Notes under the pieces: model-generated
Told to the model about the DNA's origin: nothing
The model's database searches: none
What the model saw: the letters and a program-made list of their open reading frames with translations, nothing else
DNA from: a virus
Taxonomy: Duplodnaviria > Caudoviricetes
Strand: one strand, 5' to 3'
DNA: 44,957 bases
Virus record (IMG/VR): IMGVR_UViG_3300032305_001094
Location: 1-44,957 of that record
Part shown: positions 32,945 through 42,258 of the stretch, piece after piece
Numbering within the stretch: position 1 is the stretch's first letter
Layout: each line of letters starts with the position of its first letter
Translations under genes and position numbers: made by a program

Positions 32945-34297
32945 TTAGTTAAAGATTTCATTTACGGAACCGAGGAAAGCTCCTGACCATTTTGATTTGG
33001 ATTTGGTAAACACCTCAGACCCGCCAAGGTCAGAGGACTTCTTAATTGCGGTATCGCCTTCTACGGCATCAACCTGCTTTTGAACACCATCAATGGTGCC
33101 CTTTATTTCTGTCACAGCAGCACTAAGTGCGCTGTGCTTTTCTGCCAACTCAGAAATTCTATCGTCGACGCTCTTGCTGAAAGCTTCTACAGATGTTTTA
33201 ATTTCTGTAACTTGTGCAGCATTTGCTTCTGTAGCTTTTGTGAGTGTCTCTGCGAAAAAGCCTTTTAGATCGCCTAACATTTTTGCAAAATCAGGTTCAT
33301 CAACCATAACTTCTACTGTATCGGCTGCTTTTTCAACGTTGTCGGCAGAGGCTTCTTCAGTTGCAACTTCTGCAACCTCGGATGATTTGTCAAAAAGATC
33401 GACATTTGCTTCATCTGCTGCTGGAGCTTCTACGGCTACGGCTTCAGTTGATTCGATTGTTGCTTCTGCTGTTAAAGCTTTTTCAACATTATCAATGTTT
33501 GTATCTGACATTTTATTACCTCCTTCTACGTTTGCCTGTTTTGCTAATTGTGTTTCAGGCAACGGTAATCTTGACTTCTTGAATGAAGCAAGAATCTTAT
33601 CTATCTCTTTTGATTTGTTAATATCTGAGCTTTCTACCCAACCGATTAGCGCAGCTGGTTTTCCAGATATGGGTGAATCAAAAGTTTTTTCTGTGGACAT
33701 AAACACTGAGTCGCTGTCTTCACAATAAAAAATATTTTCTGTTACTACATTTGCAGCAAGGCCTTTGTAAATCATTTGTCCGTTAACCTTTTCGATTGAC
33801 AAAATATTACATAGCTCGTTTGCTGGTGAGTCGACAATTGAAAGCTCAACTAGATCATAATCCTTGATAAATCTAACTGCTTCTCCTGTTGCCTTGTTAA
33901 CTTCGTTGTCTGACTCTTTAATCTTTCCGCCGATTGAAAAACCAGAAAGAGTGCCATCAAGAACTTTTTCCCAAGTATCTTGTGCACCCTTTGAAATGTA
34001 TGAAGTTACATAAACGCCATTGTAAAAAGTTTGAGACTTTTGATCGTAGTAGGTTTCTGGTTTGAATGAGACAACTTTACCTACTGCATTCGACTGATGC
34101 ATCTCACGGAGATTTCCTCTGAAGTTTTCAAAAGCTTTTACGCTTGCTTCTGCTGTGACTACATCGCCTGTCTGGTCAACATTGTCTAATGTTGCAAAAC
34201 CAGATACAGTTCTATTTTCTCGATTGACCTTAGTAAACGGAATCGACAAATGTAGATTTTCGCCATTACTAGACCAATGGCCTTTTTCAATGTTCAT
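32945..34297 (-). CDS. Prohead protease fused to an acidic scaffold region
   Basis: RTVSGFAT, DQTGD, LREMH, GFSIGG and ELSIVDSPAN motifs; acidic coiled-coil C-terminal half. Confidence 0.88.
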   Translation of the reverse strand: MNIEKGHWSSNGENLHLSIPFTKVNRENRTVSGFATLDNVDQTGDVVTAEASVKAFENFRGNLREMHQSNAVGKVVSFKPETYYDQKSQTFYNGVYVTSYISKGAQDTWEKVLDGTLSGFSIGGKIKESDNEVNKATGEAVRFIKDYDLVELSIVDSPANELCNILSIEKVNGQMIYKGLAANVVTENIFYCEDSDSVFMSTEKTFDSPISGKPAALIGWVESSDINKSKEIDKILASFKKSRLPLPETQLAKQANVEGGNKMSDTNIDNVEKALTAEATIESTEAVAVEAPAADEANVDLFDKSSEVAEVATEEASADNVEKAADTVEVMVDEPDFAKMLGDLKGFFAETLTKATEANAAQVTEIKTSVEAFSKSVDDRISELAEKHSALSAAVTEIKGTIDGVQKQVDAVEGDTAIKKSSDLGGSEVFTKSKSKWSGAFLGSVNEIFN

Positions 34298-34304
34298 ATG
34301 CTTA

Positions 34305-34333
34305 ATTTTAGTGGTTTATCTACTATAACGCAA
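34305..34333 (-). promoter_or_regulatory. Promoter TTGCGT-17-TAAAAT, near-leaderless
   Basis: The -10 is 7 nt upstream of the ATG at 34297; no Shine-Dalgarno sequence. Confidence 0.65.
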
Positions 34334-34350
34334 ATAACAGTTGATTAAAC

Positions 34351-35940
34351 TTATTTGACTTTTGGACCATCGCCCTTGGGGTTTCTGGCCTCTCCGCTTT
34401 TATCTGGGGCATTGGCTGATCTTTGCTGATCTCGCTTTTTATTTCCAGTGGATTTTGCTTTCTGGTCAGCCACCTGCTGTGGCTTTAAATCTACCATTTC
34501 GTCCCCGCCGTCAACCGTTGTCATATTCTTTCTAATACGAACTTCGTTTGGAGTTATTACCTGCATTCTTAAATAAATTTCATCAATACGGCTTTGGGTC
34601 TCTTCATCAGTAAGGCTGAGCTCGTTGAATTTTAATTGTACGACATCTGTCTTTTCTGCAATTAAATAATTTAATTTCTTTTCAAGTCTATCCTGTGAAG
34701 GTCGACAAACCTGTTCTTTAAATGTCTTGTCCGCATCTCTGGCAGCTGCTAGGTTAATCCCTTCTGGGATACCTATCTTGCTAATTGGAACACGGTGAGC
34801 CAAAAGAATTTCATCTCTATTAGACTTACGATAAATATTAAATGAAGACTCTTGCTCTCCTGCTTCAATTGGCTCCATCTTAAATTCTGTTTTTGAGTCT
34901 GGTGTATCTGCTGGAAGGGGTATGTATAAGGATCTATGATTCTTGCCTTTTAGTCCAACCTGGAAAAACTCAAGCAATTTTCTTTCTGACTCTGGTGAAA
35001 GTTTTGCTCCCTTTACTGTAATAATATATCTTGGGACCGCCTTGTTTTCAAAGTAGTCTAAGTTGTATCTGCCAGCAAATTCATTTCCTGCCAGCGCTTG
35101 CTGTGCTGCAATAATGTCTGGGACTCCGTAGTAATTATTCATTGGAGTGTATTTCTTTAAATGTATAATCTCATTTGGTCGATCTTCTTGACCAGCAATT
35201 GGGCTTGGTGTTTCAAGGTCTCCAAAATTGCGGAAGTAAACTGCCTTGCCATAAAGCAATTGAATAAATCCATCACGGAATCTGCGTACACGCATTGTCT
35301 TGGCTGGTATGTGGCCTATGTAGCCTATGTCTCCAGCAGTTGTACGTCCAATCTCTATGTAGCCGTTTCCAGTAGCCTCAAGGTCCGTGTAGGCCTTTAT
35401 GAGGGTTTCTGTAAATGACTCCTCTTCGTTGCAGTCATCAAGCCATTGGTCTAGCTGTGTTTTAATTCTATCAATTTTTGCACGTGCTCTGTCGGCCTGC
35501 TTTTGATCGGTTATGGCATCCATTGCATCTTTTGCTTTTGATGTCTCAGTAAACATATATCCTAGACCAACAATATTAGAAACCTTTGCATTAATTGCTG
35601 CGTAATTGTATGTTGAAACTTCATATATTTTTGAAAGATATTCTAAATTATAAGTTGGCTCGACAAGGTCAAATAAAGCATATCCGCTAATTGCTTGCTG
35701 CAAAAGGTTTTGCTGTGTTCCTGCGCCGTCGACTCCTACAAAAGCCTTTGAAAAATCACGATTAATTTTGCGCTTAAAGTTTGTTCCAAGTCCTCTAAGT
35801 TTTTTAATTTCTTCTAAGCCCATTTTAAATGGGTCTTCTGACTCTTCTGCTTTTTGAAAATGAAACCAATCAGATGTATTTGAAATGTCAATTGTATTGG
35901 AAGAGCTGTCGTCTTCTAAAACTTCTATATTACGTGTCAT
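34351..35940 (-). CDS. Portal protein
   Basis: DLEATGNGYIE, EIIHLK...YYGVP, YFENKAVP, HRVP and ITPNEVR motifs of HK97/PBSX-type portals. Confidence 0.93.
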   Translation of the reverse strand: MTRNIEVLEDDSSSNTIDISNTSDWFHFQKAEESEDPFKMGLEEIKKLRGLGTNFKRKINRDFSKAFVGVDGAGTQQNLLQQAISGYALFDLVEPTYNLEYLSKIYEVSTYNYAAINAKVSNIVGLGYMFTETSKAKDAMDAITDQKQADRARAKIDRIKTQLDQWLDDCNEEESFTETLIKAYTDLEATGNGYIEIGRTTAGDIGYIGHIPAKTMRVRRFRDGFIQLLYGKAVYFRNFGDLETPSPIAGQEDRPNEIIHLKKYTPMNNYYGVPDIIAAQQALAGNEFAGRYNLDYFENKAVPRYIITVKGAKLSPESERKLLEFFQVGLKGKNHRSLYIPLPADTPDSKTEFKMEPIEAGEQESSFNIYRKSNRDEILLAHRVPISKIGIPEGINLAAARDADKTFKEQVCRPSQDRLEKKLNYLIAEKTDVVQLKFNELSLTDEETQSRIDEIYLRMQVITPNEVRIRKNMTTVDGGDEMVDLKPQQVADQKAKSTGNKKRDQQRSANAPDKSGEARNPKGDGPKVK

Positions 35941-36275
35941 TGTACTTTACCGCCTCTTGATACGGAGTCTTTATAAACTCCTATGTCGTATGGATCTGGG
36001 GGGAGTCCCCATCTAAGTCTTTGTTCTTGCTCTTCAAGCTCTTCGTCGTTAATCTTTCTTCTTCCAGAAAGAAATTTAGGCTGGCCCTCGTGAATACCGT
36101 ATGAACGAACCTCTCTAGCCAGAGCATCGATTCTGGATCTGTTTCCTTTGATTGACGTGATCGAAAGAAAATTTCCATCGTCATCTCCAATCCATCTGCC
36201 ATCAGGCATTTCCCAGACATAGATTCCTAGGGTTGTCTCTTCAACAATCCTGGTATTTTTATTTAAGATATCCAT
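35937..36275 (-). CDS. Hypothetical protein
   Basis: ATGA-coupled to the portal gene; extended -10 upstream. Confidence 0.8.
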   Translation of the reverse strand: MDILNKNTRIVEETTLGIYVWEMPDGRWIGDDDGNFLSITSIKGNRSRIDALAREVRSYGIHEGQPKFLSGRRKINDEELEEQEQRLRWGLPPDPYDIGVYKDSVSRGGKVQ

Positions 36276-36283
36276 AGACCATA

Positions 36284-36312
36284 ATCATACCATTAATTAG
36301 TGTCAAAGTCTA
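36284..36312 (-). promoter_or_regulatory. Promoter TAGACT-17-TATGAT (TGn extended -10)
   Basis: The -10 at 36289..36284 is 8 nt before the ATG at 36275. Confidence 0.5.
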
Positions 36313-36337
36313 GATTTGGTGCAATATATTACAAAAA

Positions 36338-38161
36338 TTAAACAATTATTGACTGCGGCTCGATAGATGTAATAACAAACGGGGTGCTGTTATTACCTGA
36401 GCTGGACTCTAAAACCCTGACAAAAGAATCTGACACGGTATTGATTATATTTCCAGTGTACATCAAATAGTGTAGGTCAGCCGTAGCCTCATTTAATTCA
36501 TTTGGGTATAGGGCCAAGTTGTTATACATAGACCCTAGTCCTGACTTGGTATCTGCCTGATTTTGATTAAACATAAGTCCTGTTGCCTCAGAGGAAAAAT
36601 TAATAACTATGTGATGGGGGACGTTATACGACAGAAAAGACCAGACATTTGTTTCTAAGGTTCGGTCTATTCCATTAACATATATGGAGGATACGCCAGA
36701 CTTTGTTATTGCCCCAGACTGAGACCACTCGTATATTTTTGATGGGGCAGAAACAAGGACATTTTGCCCTGGGGCTGGAGTAAATATCATTTCTACTGAG
36801 CGTGTGGGTGGGGCAGCATTAATTTTAAATCCGTGGCCATCATACATTTTCAATCCATTATTTTTATTATAAGAAAGAGTTCTGCTATTGTACTCTGGTA
36901 AGGAGTAGTCATAATCTGAATTTATATAGGATCCAGTATTATCGCTGTACAGTGTTTTAGATTTAAAGAACATGATGTTTATGTATCTTAATACAGGCAA
37001 ATATTTTCTAGTGTCTGAGGAGCTTAGGGTAACCTTTATGTAAAGAAAATCAGATGTTTGATTTTGATTTTTATTGAAATATGGAAGTGCTGATCCATTT
37101 GTACAAGTTAGCCATGACTCATTATCTATACTTACTTCAACCAAAATGCCTTTTACATCTTCAGACCAGTATATCTGAGATGTGTCTATACCTAAGAATT
37201 TTGGAACATTGAAATAATCAGTAAAAGAATATGATGCGGTGCCTTCAACTTCTGTTTCTTTAATATATATATAAGACTTGTCATCCGATATTGAAATCCC
37301 GTCTCCAATTACAGAATCCCAAGATTTAGATAAAGGGTATGAGTATTGAAATTTAGGTTTTATTGGGTTGACATTCATACTAAATAGGCGTCCACCGCTT
37401 GTGTTTACAATTTGAGAAATACTTAATTCATTAATGCCTTCTTCATAATGTTTTTTAATATTTTTTGCTGGCAGACTAAACTTATAAAACGCCACACAAT
37501 CAATAATCATTAATTCTGGGGATGGGCCTGTTTGAAAAAAAACAGAAGTATTGGTAAATCTATATTTGCCCACAGAAACTTTATCAACCATTTCTCCATT
37601 AACATATAAAGATATAGATTCTCCATTAAAACATCCAGCTACATGCAAAGACTCTGAGGTTGTTACTGGATACTCTGCAACATAGTCTCCAAGTATAAAC
37701 ATAACATTACTATTTTTATGAAACAGCCCTATGTTGTGAATCTGATTTCCAACCGTTCTGCTGTCTCCAACAATTTTAGTTAAAGAGCTTGAGTCAGATA
37801 TTAGGCACCAGGCCTCTATTGTAAAGGAGTCATCAGCATAGTATTTTGTAGCCATTCCCTCTGAATTAAAATTTAATACAGTGTCAGAAAGTATCTTTGT
37901 TCCTCTAACTCCTCCTGAAATTAATGGCATCAGCTCTAAATTAGAAGAGTTGATAGCATATCCGTGAAGCCCATTGCCAGAGTAATCATACATTGGCAAA
38001 CCGCTCAAAGCTGAGTAGGAAACTCCATTGTCTCTAAGATCTGCGTATGTTGCAAATATTGATCTCATACTGTCATATGAACCTACAGTGCCTGATCTTA
38101 CTTCATCTAAAAGGTAAAATGATGTTGGCTTATCTTGTAAGACTGTATATTTGTATGACAT
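36338..38161 (-). CDS. Virion protein with LamG/ConA-like lectin domains
   Basis: DYSGNGLHG, SFTIEAW, HVAG...ISLYVNG and IDCVAFY motifs; second degenerate copy at the C-terminus. Confidence 0.75.
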   Translation of the reverse strand: MSYKYTVLQDKPTSFYLLDEVRSGTVGSYDSMRSIFATYADLRDNGVSYSALSGLPMYDYSGNGLHGYAINSSNLELMPLISGGVRGTKILSDTVLNFNSEGMATKYYADDSFTIEAWCLISDSSSLTKIVGDSRTVGNQIHNIGLFHKNSNVMFILGDYVAEYPVTTSESLHVAGCFNGESISLYVNGEMVDKVSVGKYRFTNTSVFFQTGPSPELMIIDCVAFYKFSLPAKNIKKHYEEGINELSISQIVNTSGGRLFSMNVNPIKPKFQYSYPLSKSWDSVIGDGISISDDKSYIYIKETEVEGTASYSFTDYFNVPKFLGIDTSQIYWSEDVKGILVEVSIDNESWLTCTNGSALPYFNKNQNQTSDFLYIKVTLSSSDTRKYLPVLRYINIMFFKSKTLYSDNTGSYINSDYDYSLPEYNSRTLSYNKNNGLKMYDGHGFKINAAPPTRSVEMIFTPAPGQNVLVSAPSKIYEWSQSGAITKSGVSSIYVNGIDRTLETNVWSFLSYNVPHHIVINFSSEATGLMFNQNQADTKSGLGSMYNNLALYPNELNEATADLHYLMYTGNIINTVSDSFVRVLESSSGNNSTPFVITSIEPQSIIV

Positions 38162-38164
38162 GTC

Positions 38165-39292
38165 TTACGCCTCTTCTATTGCTTTTACTCTCGCTGTAAG
38201 TTCTTGTACCGCTTTAATTAATGGCGAAATAAATTCTTCATATCTCAATGCCTGTGTTCCTTCTGAATCATTAACGTCAGATATTACCCACCCGCCAAAA
38301 TCAGCAACACCTGATTCATCTAATACGGACTTAACCTCTTGTGCAATTAGACCATAGTGTGTTCTGTTACCCTCAATTTTATTATACTTAACTGGGTGCA
38401 ACTTATTTATAAAATCTAGACCTAGGTCTGAAGTCACAACATTTTCTTTTGTTCTTTGATCAGAAATTGTTGTAGCTGCGGAGTTAAGGTATATGTTTTT
38501 CCAACCTCTTGTTACACGATCAGTACCAGAGTTTAGAGGACCCATAAGCCCCAAACTAAATGCATTGTTTGTTAGTGGAAACCAGTTAGAGTTTACTCCA
38601 ATTGGTGAAAGGTCTGTTGCTGCGTAGTTTAATGAAATTCTTGATGTAATGGGATCTATGTTTGCATTTGTTCCCGCTGGTCCTTGTGGTCCAGTTGCTC
38701 CTGCTACGCCATCTGCGCCACGTGGAATTGTAAAGTTTAAAACAACATCGCTTGATGTTCCAGAATTTGTTACTACCGCATTAGTTCCTGCAGCTGACGT
38801 TGTAACTGTTGGAGAAACTGTTATCGTTGCTGCCGCATCACCTTTAGGTCCAGTAGCCCCTGGTAATCCTGTTTCGCCAGTTAGCCCCGTGTCTCCACGA
38901 GGAATCGTAAAATTAATTGTTTGTGAAGGAGCGGTTCCAGTTATTGTTACAATTGGCTGTGTACCAGCATTACCTGCTGCTACAGTTCCAACACTTAATA
39001 CGTTTGCTGGTCCTGGGCCTCCAAGAACACCGTCTACGCCTCTTGGGATATTAAATGTTAATGATTGAGATGGGGCTGTTCCGCTAATTGTTACTGAGGC
39101 ACTTTGTCCAGGATTAATTGTATTTGTCGCAGCAACTGTTATTACGTTTGATGGACCAGCTGGTCCTTGTGGTCCAGGGTTAGCTGCAATAAATGCAGCA
39201 ATGTCTGTACCCAGGGCACCTAAATCTCTAGGTACATCTGGTGAGTCTGTGTAGGTTGGGAAACGCCATCCATTAACGCCTGTAGTTGCCAT
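38165..39292 (-). CDS. Collagen-like fibre protein with a C-terminal S74 chaperone
   Basis: Gly-X-Y runs alternate with three ~40-aa beta modules ending F[NT]IPRG; SDQRTKENV...GLIAQEV...KAVQEL S74 signature. Confidence 0.88.
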   Translation of the reverse strand: MATTGVNGWRFPTYTDSPDVPRDLGALGTDIAAFIAANPGPQGPAGPSNVITVAATNTINPGQSASVTISGTAPSQSLTFNIPRGVDGVLGGPGPANVLSVGTVAAGNAGTQPIVTITGTAPSQTINFTIPRGDTGLTGETGLPGATGPKGDAAATITVSPTVTTSAAGTNAVVTNSGTSSDVVLNFTIPRGADGVAGATGPQGPAGTNANIDPITSRISLNYAATDLSPIGVNSNWFPLTNNAFSLGLMGPLNSGTDRVTRGWKNIYLNSAATTISDQRTKENVVTSDLGLDFINKLHPVKYNKIEGNRTHYGLIAQEVKSVLDESGVADFGGWVISDVNDSEGTQALRYEEFISPLIKAVQELTARVKAIEEA

Positions 39293-39298
39293 TTTTTA

Positions 39299-39307
39299 AT
39301 TATACCA
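39299..39307 (-). promoter_or_regulatory. Extended -10 promoter TGG-TATAAT, leaderless
   Basis: 6 nt upstream of the ATG at 39292. Confidence 0.65.
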
Positions 39308-39962
39308 CCTTGCTATTATACACAGACAGATGTGAAGTGTATCTATCTCCAGATCTTACATCATTAACTTTATGTAAGTATGGTTCGTGGCTTGGAAAAA
39401 TAAGAAGGCTTCCTTCTTCTGGTTTTATTGATATGCCGTGATTTGGAAACTCAATTTCCCCACCCTCATAATCTGAGTTTAGATAAGATATCATAGAAAA
39501 TGCAAGGTCGCTATCTCCGTCATAGTTATCGCAATGAGGTCCCATTCCTGGCCCTGTCCATCTTCTTACTGGAATCTCGTCTGTCATTAATGTATACTTT
39601 GATGGATCTAGATTGTGATTGGACAGGTATTGATTTAGACACATCTCAAATGCCATCTCAAGGCTATTCTTAATGTATAGTATTTTTTGATCTAGTCTTC
39701 CATTGTCAATTTTATTTTTAACATTCTTTGTTATTATATTTTTGTTTTCGCCGTATACAACTTCTGGGTTGTTGCTTGCTATCCAAGGACTCCATTTAGA
39801 TATGACGCCGTGGCTTCTTTCATCAAGGTCGACTTCATTAATAAACTCTAGCAATTCTTTTGGATAGCTGATAACATTTTTAAAATACCAAATGTTGCTC
39901 GATAACTGTTTTAATATAAACATATGGTACATATCTTCTGGATTGAAGTCTTGGCTACTCAT
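39300..39962 (-). CDS. 2OG-Fe(II) oxygenase (prolyl-hydroxylase-like)
   Basis: HCD...YLNSDYEGGE...H...RY; ATG at 39962 overlaps the upstream TAA (track start 40097). Confidence 0.9.
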   Translation of the reverse strand: MSSQDFNPEDMYHMFILKQLSSNIWYFKNVISYPKELLEFINEVDLDERSHGVISKWSPWIASNNPEVVYGENKNIITKNVKNKIDNGRLDQKILYIKNSLEMAFEMCLNQYLSNHNLDPSKYTLMTDEIPVRRWTGPGMGPHCDNYDGDSDLAFSMISYLNSDYEGGEIEFPNHGISIKPEEGSLLIFPSHEPYLHKVNDVRSGDRYTSHLSVYNSKVV

Positions 39963-40720
39963 TAATTTCCCTCTACTTCTGATGCAGGTATTGTGGCTCC
40001 GTCTGGGGATAGTCTTAGACCTCTGTCTCTGATATCTTTCCATTCTTCTTGTTCGCCCTTTTGCATTGCTCTTACTCCAGCTAGCTCTTCTGCCCAAGCG
40101 GCTCTTACATCTTCTGGATAATCTGATTCTTCTCTATCATCCCAAAAAGATCCAAGTGTATATCTTGCAGCTTTTTTAACAACTGTAACTTCGTGCATGT
40201 TCTTGTGGCCACCATGGAATATTAAAAATGAACCAGCTTTTGGAAAAACTTCCAAAGGAATCTCTCCGTGCTTTGCATCAAACTTTAAAGTACCGCCTTC
40301 AAAGTCGTCATTTAAATAAAGGAACCCAGCGTATCTACTTCTTGTAAATGCACCCATATTTCCTTCGTGATCGCTATTGTCTGAGTGCTTTGGGGCAAAT
40401 GCTCCTGGAAGCCATCTTTGAACATGGAAGCTAATTTGCGACATATCTTCAAATGATTTATTTGCCACATCCGCAGCTGATTGTCTAAAGCGATTTTTTA
40501 AATCAGTAAACCAAGTTGGGCTAAGATTAAACTCTTGTAAGATTGGCTCTCCGTCATATGGATATCTTGCAGAGGATGACTCATAGAAAGATATTCCTTT
40601 CCAGTAGCCTTCTTCATTTTGCTCAAGCTTATTTAATAGTCCAATGACTGATGAGCATTCTTCTTTTGTTATATAGTCTTCATAGAGATAGATGTCTTCT
40701 GTTAGTTTTGTTAATTTCAT
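39962..40720 (-). CDS. 2OG-Fe(II) oxygenase (prolyl-hydroxylase-like)
   Basis: HSD...YLNDDFEGG...H...RY. Confidence 0.9.
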   Translation of the reverse strand: MKLTKLTEDIYLYEDYITKEECSSVIGLLNKLEQNEEGYWKGISFYESSSARYPYDGEPILQEFNLSPTWFTDLKNRFRQSAADVANKSFEDMSQISFHVQRWLPGAFAPKHSDNSDHEGNMGAFTRSRYAGFLYLNDDFEGGTLKFDAKHGEIPLEVFPKAGSFLIFHGGHKNMHEVTVVKKAARYTLGSFWDDREESDYPEDVRAAWAEELAGVRAMQKGEQEEWKDIRDRGLRLSPDGATIPASEVEGN

Positions 40721-41541
40721 TACATTCCCTCACTTGGACCATTTTTATTTCCAGTCAGATCATCATACTCTGTTGGAATTCCGTCCTGCAAATATCTCAT
40801 GTTTCTTGGATTGTCATGCTCTAGTCTTTTAAATTCTTTCTTCATCCAGTTTGCTGCACCCATTTGCTTTTGCTTTGCAAGCCAGTCGGGATGTCCGTCA
40901 TAGGGATACATTACAAAGTTTCTAACAAAAAACTTTTCTCCACCATGAATAGTCTTTACTCCATGAAAATATGGTGCGTCTGAAGGAAAGACAAGGATGT
41001 CTCCCGCTTGTGGCTTATGATTAATCAGGTTTCCGTCTACAAAAAATTCAATGTCTCCACCTTGATAATCATCGTTTATATACATGGTGCAAGTAAGTTG
41101 AAATTTTGAACCAGGCATATCTCTTTCAGATATAATAAAATCAGTGTGATATTGCATTGTCATCTTGTTGTTCAATACATCTACTTGGTCTCTGTATTTA
41201 GAAAAAGAGCATCCGCTAAAATGCCATCCTGGCTGAAGCTCTATGTTGTGTCTTTGAATATAGTCGTTTAAAACTAAATCGTATGCTTTTTGTACTTGAT
41301 CGGCAAAATCTTTTTCTTCAACAAACATTGCATCTTCAGAGACATCTTTTATCTCTGCAGGATCTTTGGCTTGAGAGTATGTTCCAAAATGAGCCCACGG
41401 ATCCCATGATCTTAAATAATGCTTTCCTTCTGAAGTCTGTTCAGACTTTTTCATCGTTTCATAGAGCTTTTGTGGATCAGACAAAACATTTCGGTAAACG
41501 TCTACTTTTGGATATAATTCTACATACTCTAAATTGCTCAT
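40720..41541 (-). CDS. 2OG-Fe(II) oxygenase (prolyl-hydroxylase-like)
   Basis: HTD...YINDDYQGGD...HGV...K; start at 41541 by ATGA overlap (track start 41577). Confidence 0.9.
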   Translation of the reverse strand: MSNLEYVELYPKVDVYRNVLSDPQKLYETMKKSEQTSEGKHYLRSWDPWAHFGTYSQAKDPAEIKDVSEDAMFVEEKDFADQVQKAYDLVLNDYIQRHNIELQPGWHFSGCSFSKYRDQVDVLNNKMTMQYHTDFIISERDMPGSKFQLTCTMYINDDYQGGDIEFFVDGNLINHKPQAGDILVFPSDAPYFHGVKTIHGGEKFFVRNFVMYPYDGHPDWLAKQKQMGAANWMKKEFKRLEHDNPRNMRYLQDGIPTEYDDLTGNKNGPSEGM

Positions 41542-42227
41542 GGTTGTCTTTCTCCTGTGTGTCTCATAATCGTCCAAAAAAATGGAGATGTAAATCTATT
41601 GCCAGATTTTACTGGCCTAACTCCGTGTGTATAATACATATCGCCTGGGAAAAAATATGCTGCTCCTGCTTTAGGCTTGAACTCTATTCCATGTTGCGGG
41701 AAGTATAATTCTCCACCCTCATAGTCATCATTAAAATAAAATAGGCCTGCTAGGTCATAGTGGGGGAAATCATTCGCTCTTCCCTTTTCAATACCAGTAT
41801 GAAATTCTTTATCTGCATGTGGCTCTTGTCTTGCTCCAACTGGCCATCTAACAATCGCTGGGCCAGTCTCTTTTGCATCAACTTCAAAGAATTTATCTAC
41901 TTCAATTTTAAGTCTTGCAATCATGCTATTAATTAAATCAAGTATAGTTGGGTCTGACTCCATTAAAGAGAAGTAAGTGCATACACGATCTTTCCATATA
42001 TTTGCATCATACAAAACAAGACCATCTTCATCTACGTGAGTTTCTGTGTGATCCCATATTTTATTATTCAAAGCAAATGTTATTAATCGCTCTCTTTCTT
42101 CTGGGGTTAAGAAATTTTCTAACTCTACTATGTTGTCAGAAGAATTGCCATAAAATCCAGAAGGAGTTATTGATTTTGGAGCGTGTAGCTTCATGTCTTC
42201 GTTTGCTGCCTTCATTTTAACCCTCAT
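41538..42227 (-). CDS. 2OG-Fe(II) oxygenase (prolyl-hydroxylase-like)
   Basis: HAD...YFNDDYEGGE...HGV...RF. Confidence 0.9.
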   Translation of the reverse strand: MRVKMKAANEDMKLHAPKSITPSGFYGNSSDNIVELENFLTPEERERLITFALNNKIWDHTETHVDEDGLVLYDANIWKDRVCTYFSLMESDPTILDLINSMIARLKIEVDKFFEVDAKETGPAIVRWPVGARQEPHADKEFHTGIEKGRANDFPHYDLAGLFYFNDDYEGGELYFPQHGIEFKPKAGAAYFFPGDMYYTHGVRPVKSGNRFTSPFFWTIMRHTGERQP

Positions 42228-42241
42228 TCTCTATAATATAT

Positions 42242-42250
42242 ATTTTACCA
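42242..42250 (-). promoter_or_regulatory. Possible extended -10 promoter TGG-TAAAAT
   Basis: Lies in the only intergenic gap within the oxygenase cluster. Confidence 0.45.
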
Positions 42251-42258
42251 TTAATCAT

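Noticed and set aside
15429-36220. Short alternative-frame minus-strand ORFs (15429..15635, 18384..18602, 30790..31002, 35981..36220)
   Set aside because: They are nested within larger genes and have no independent support.
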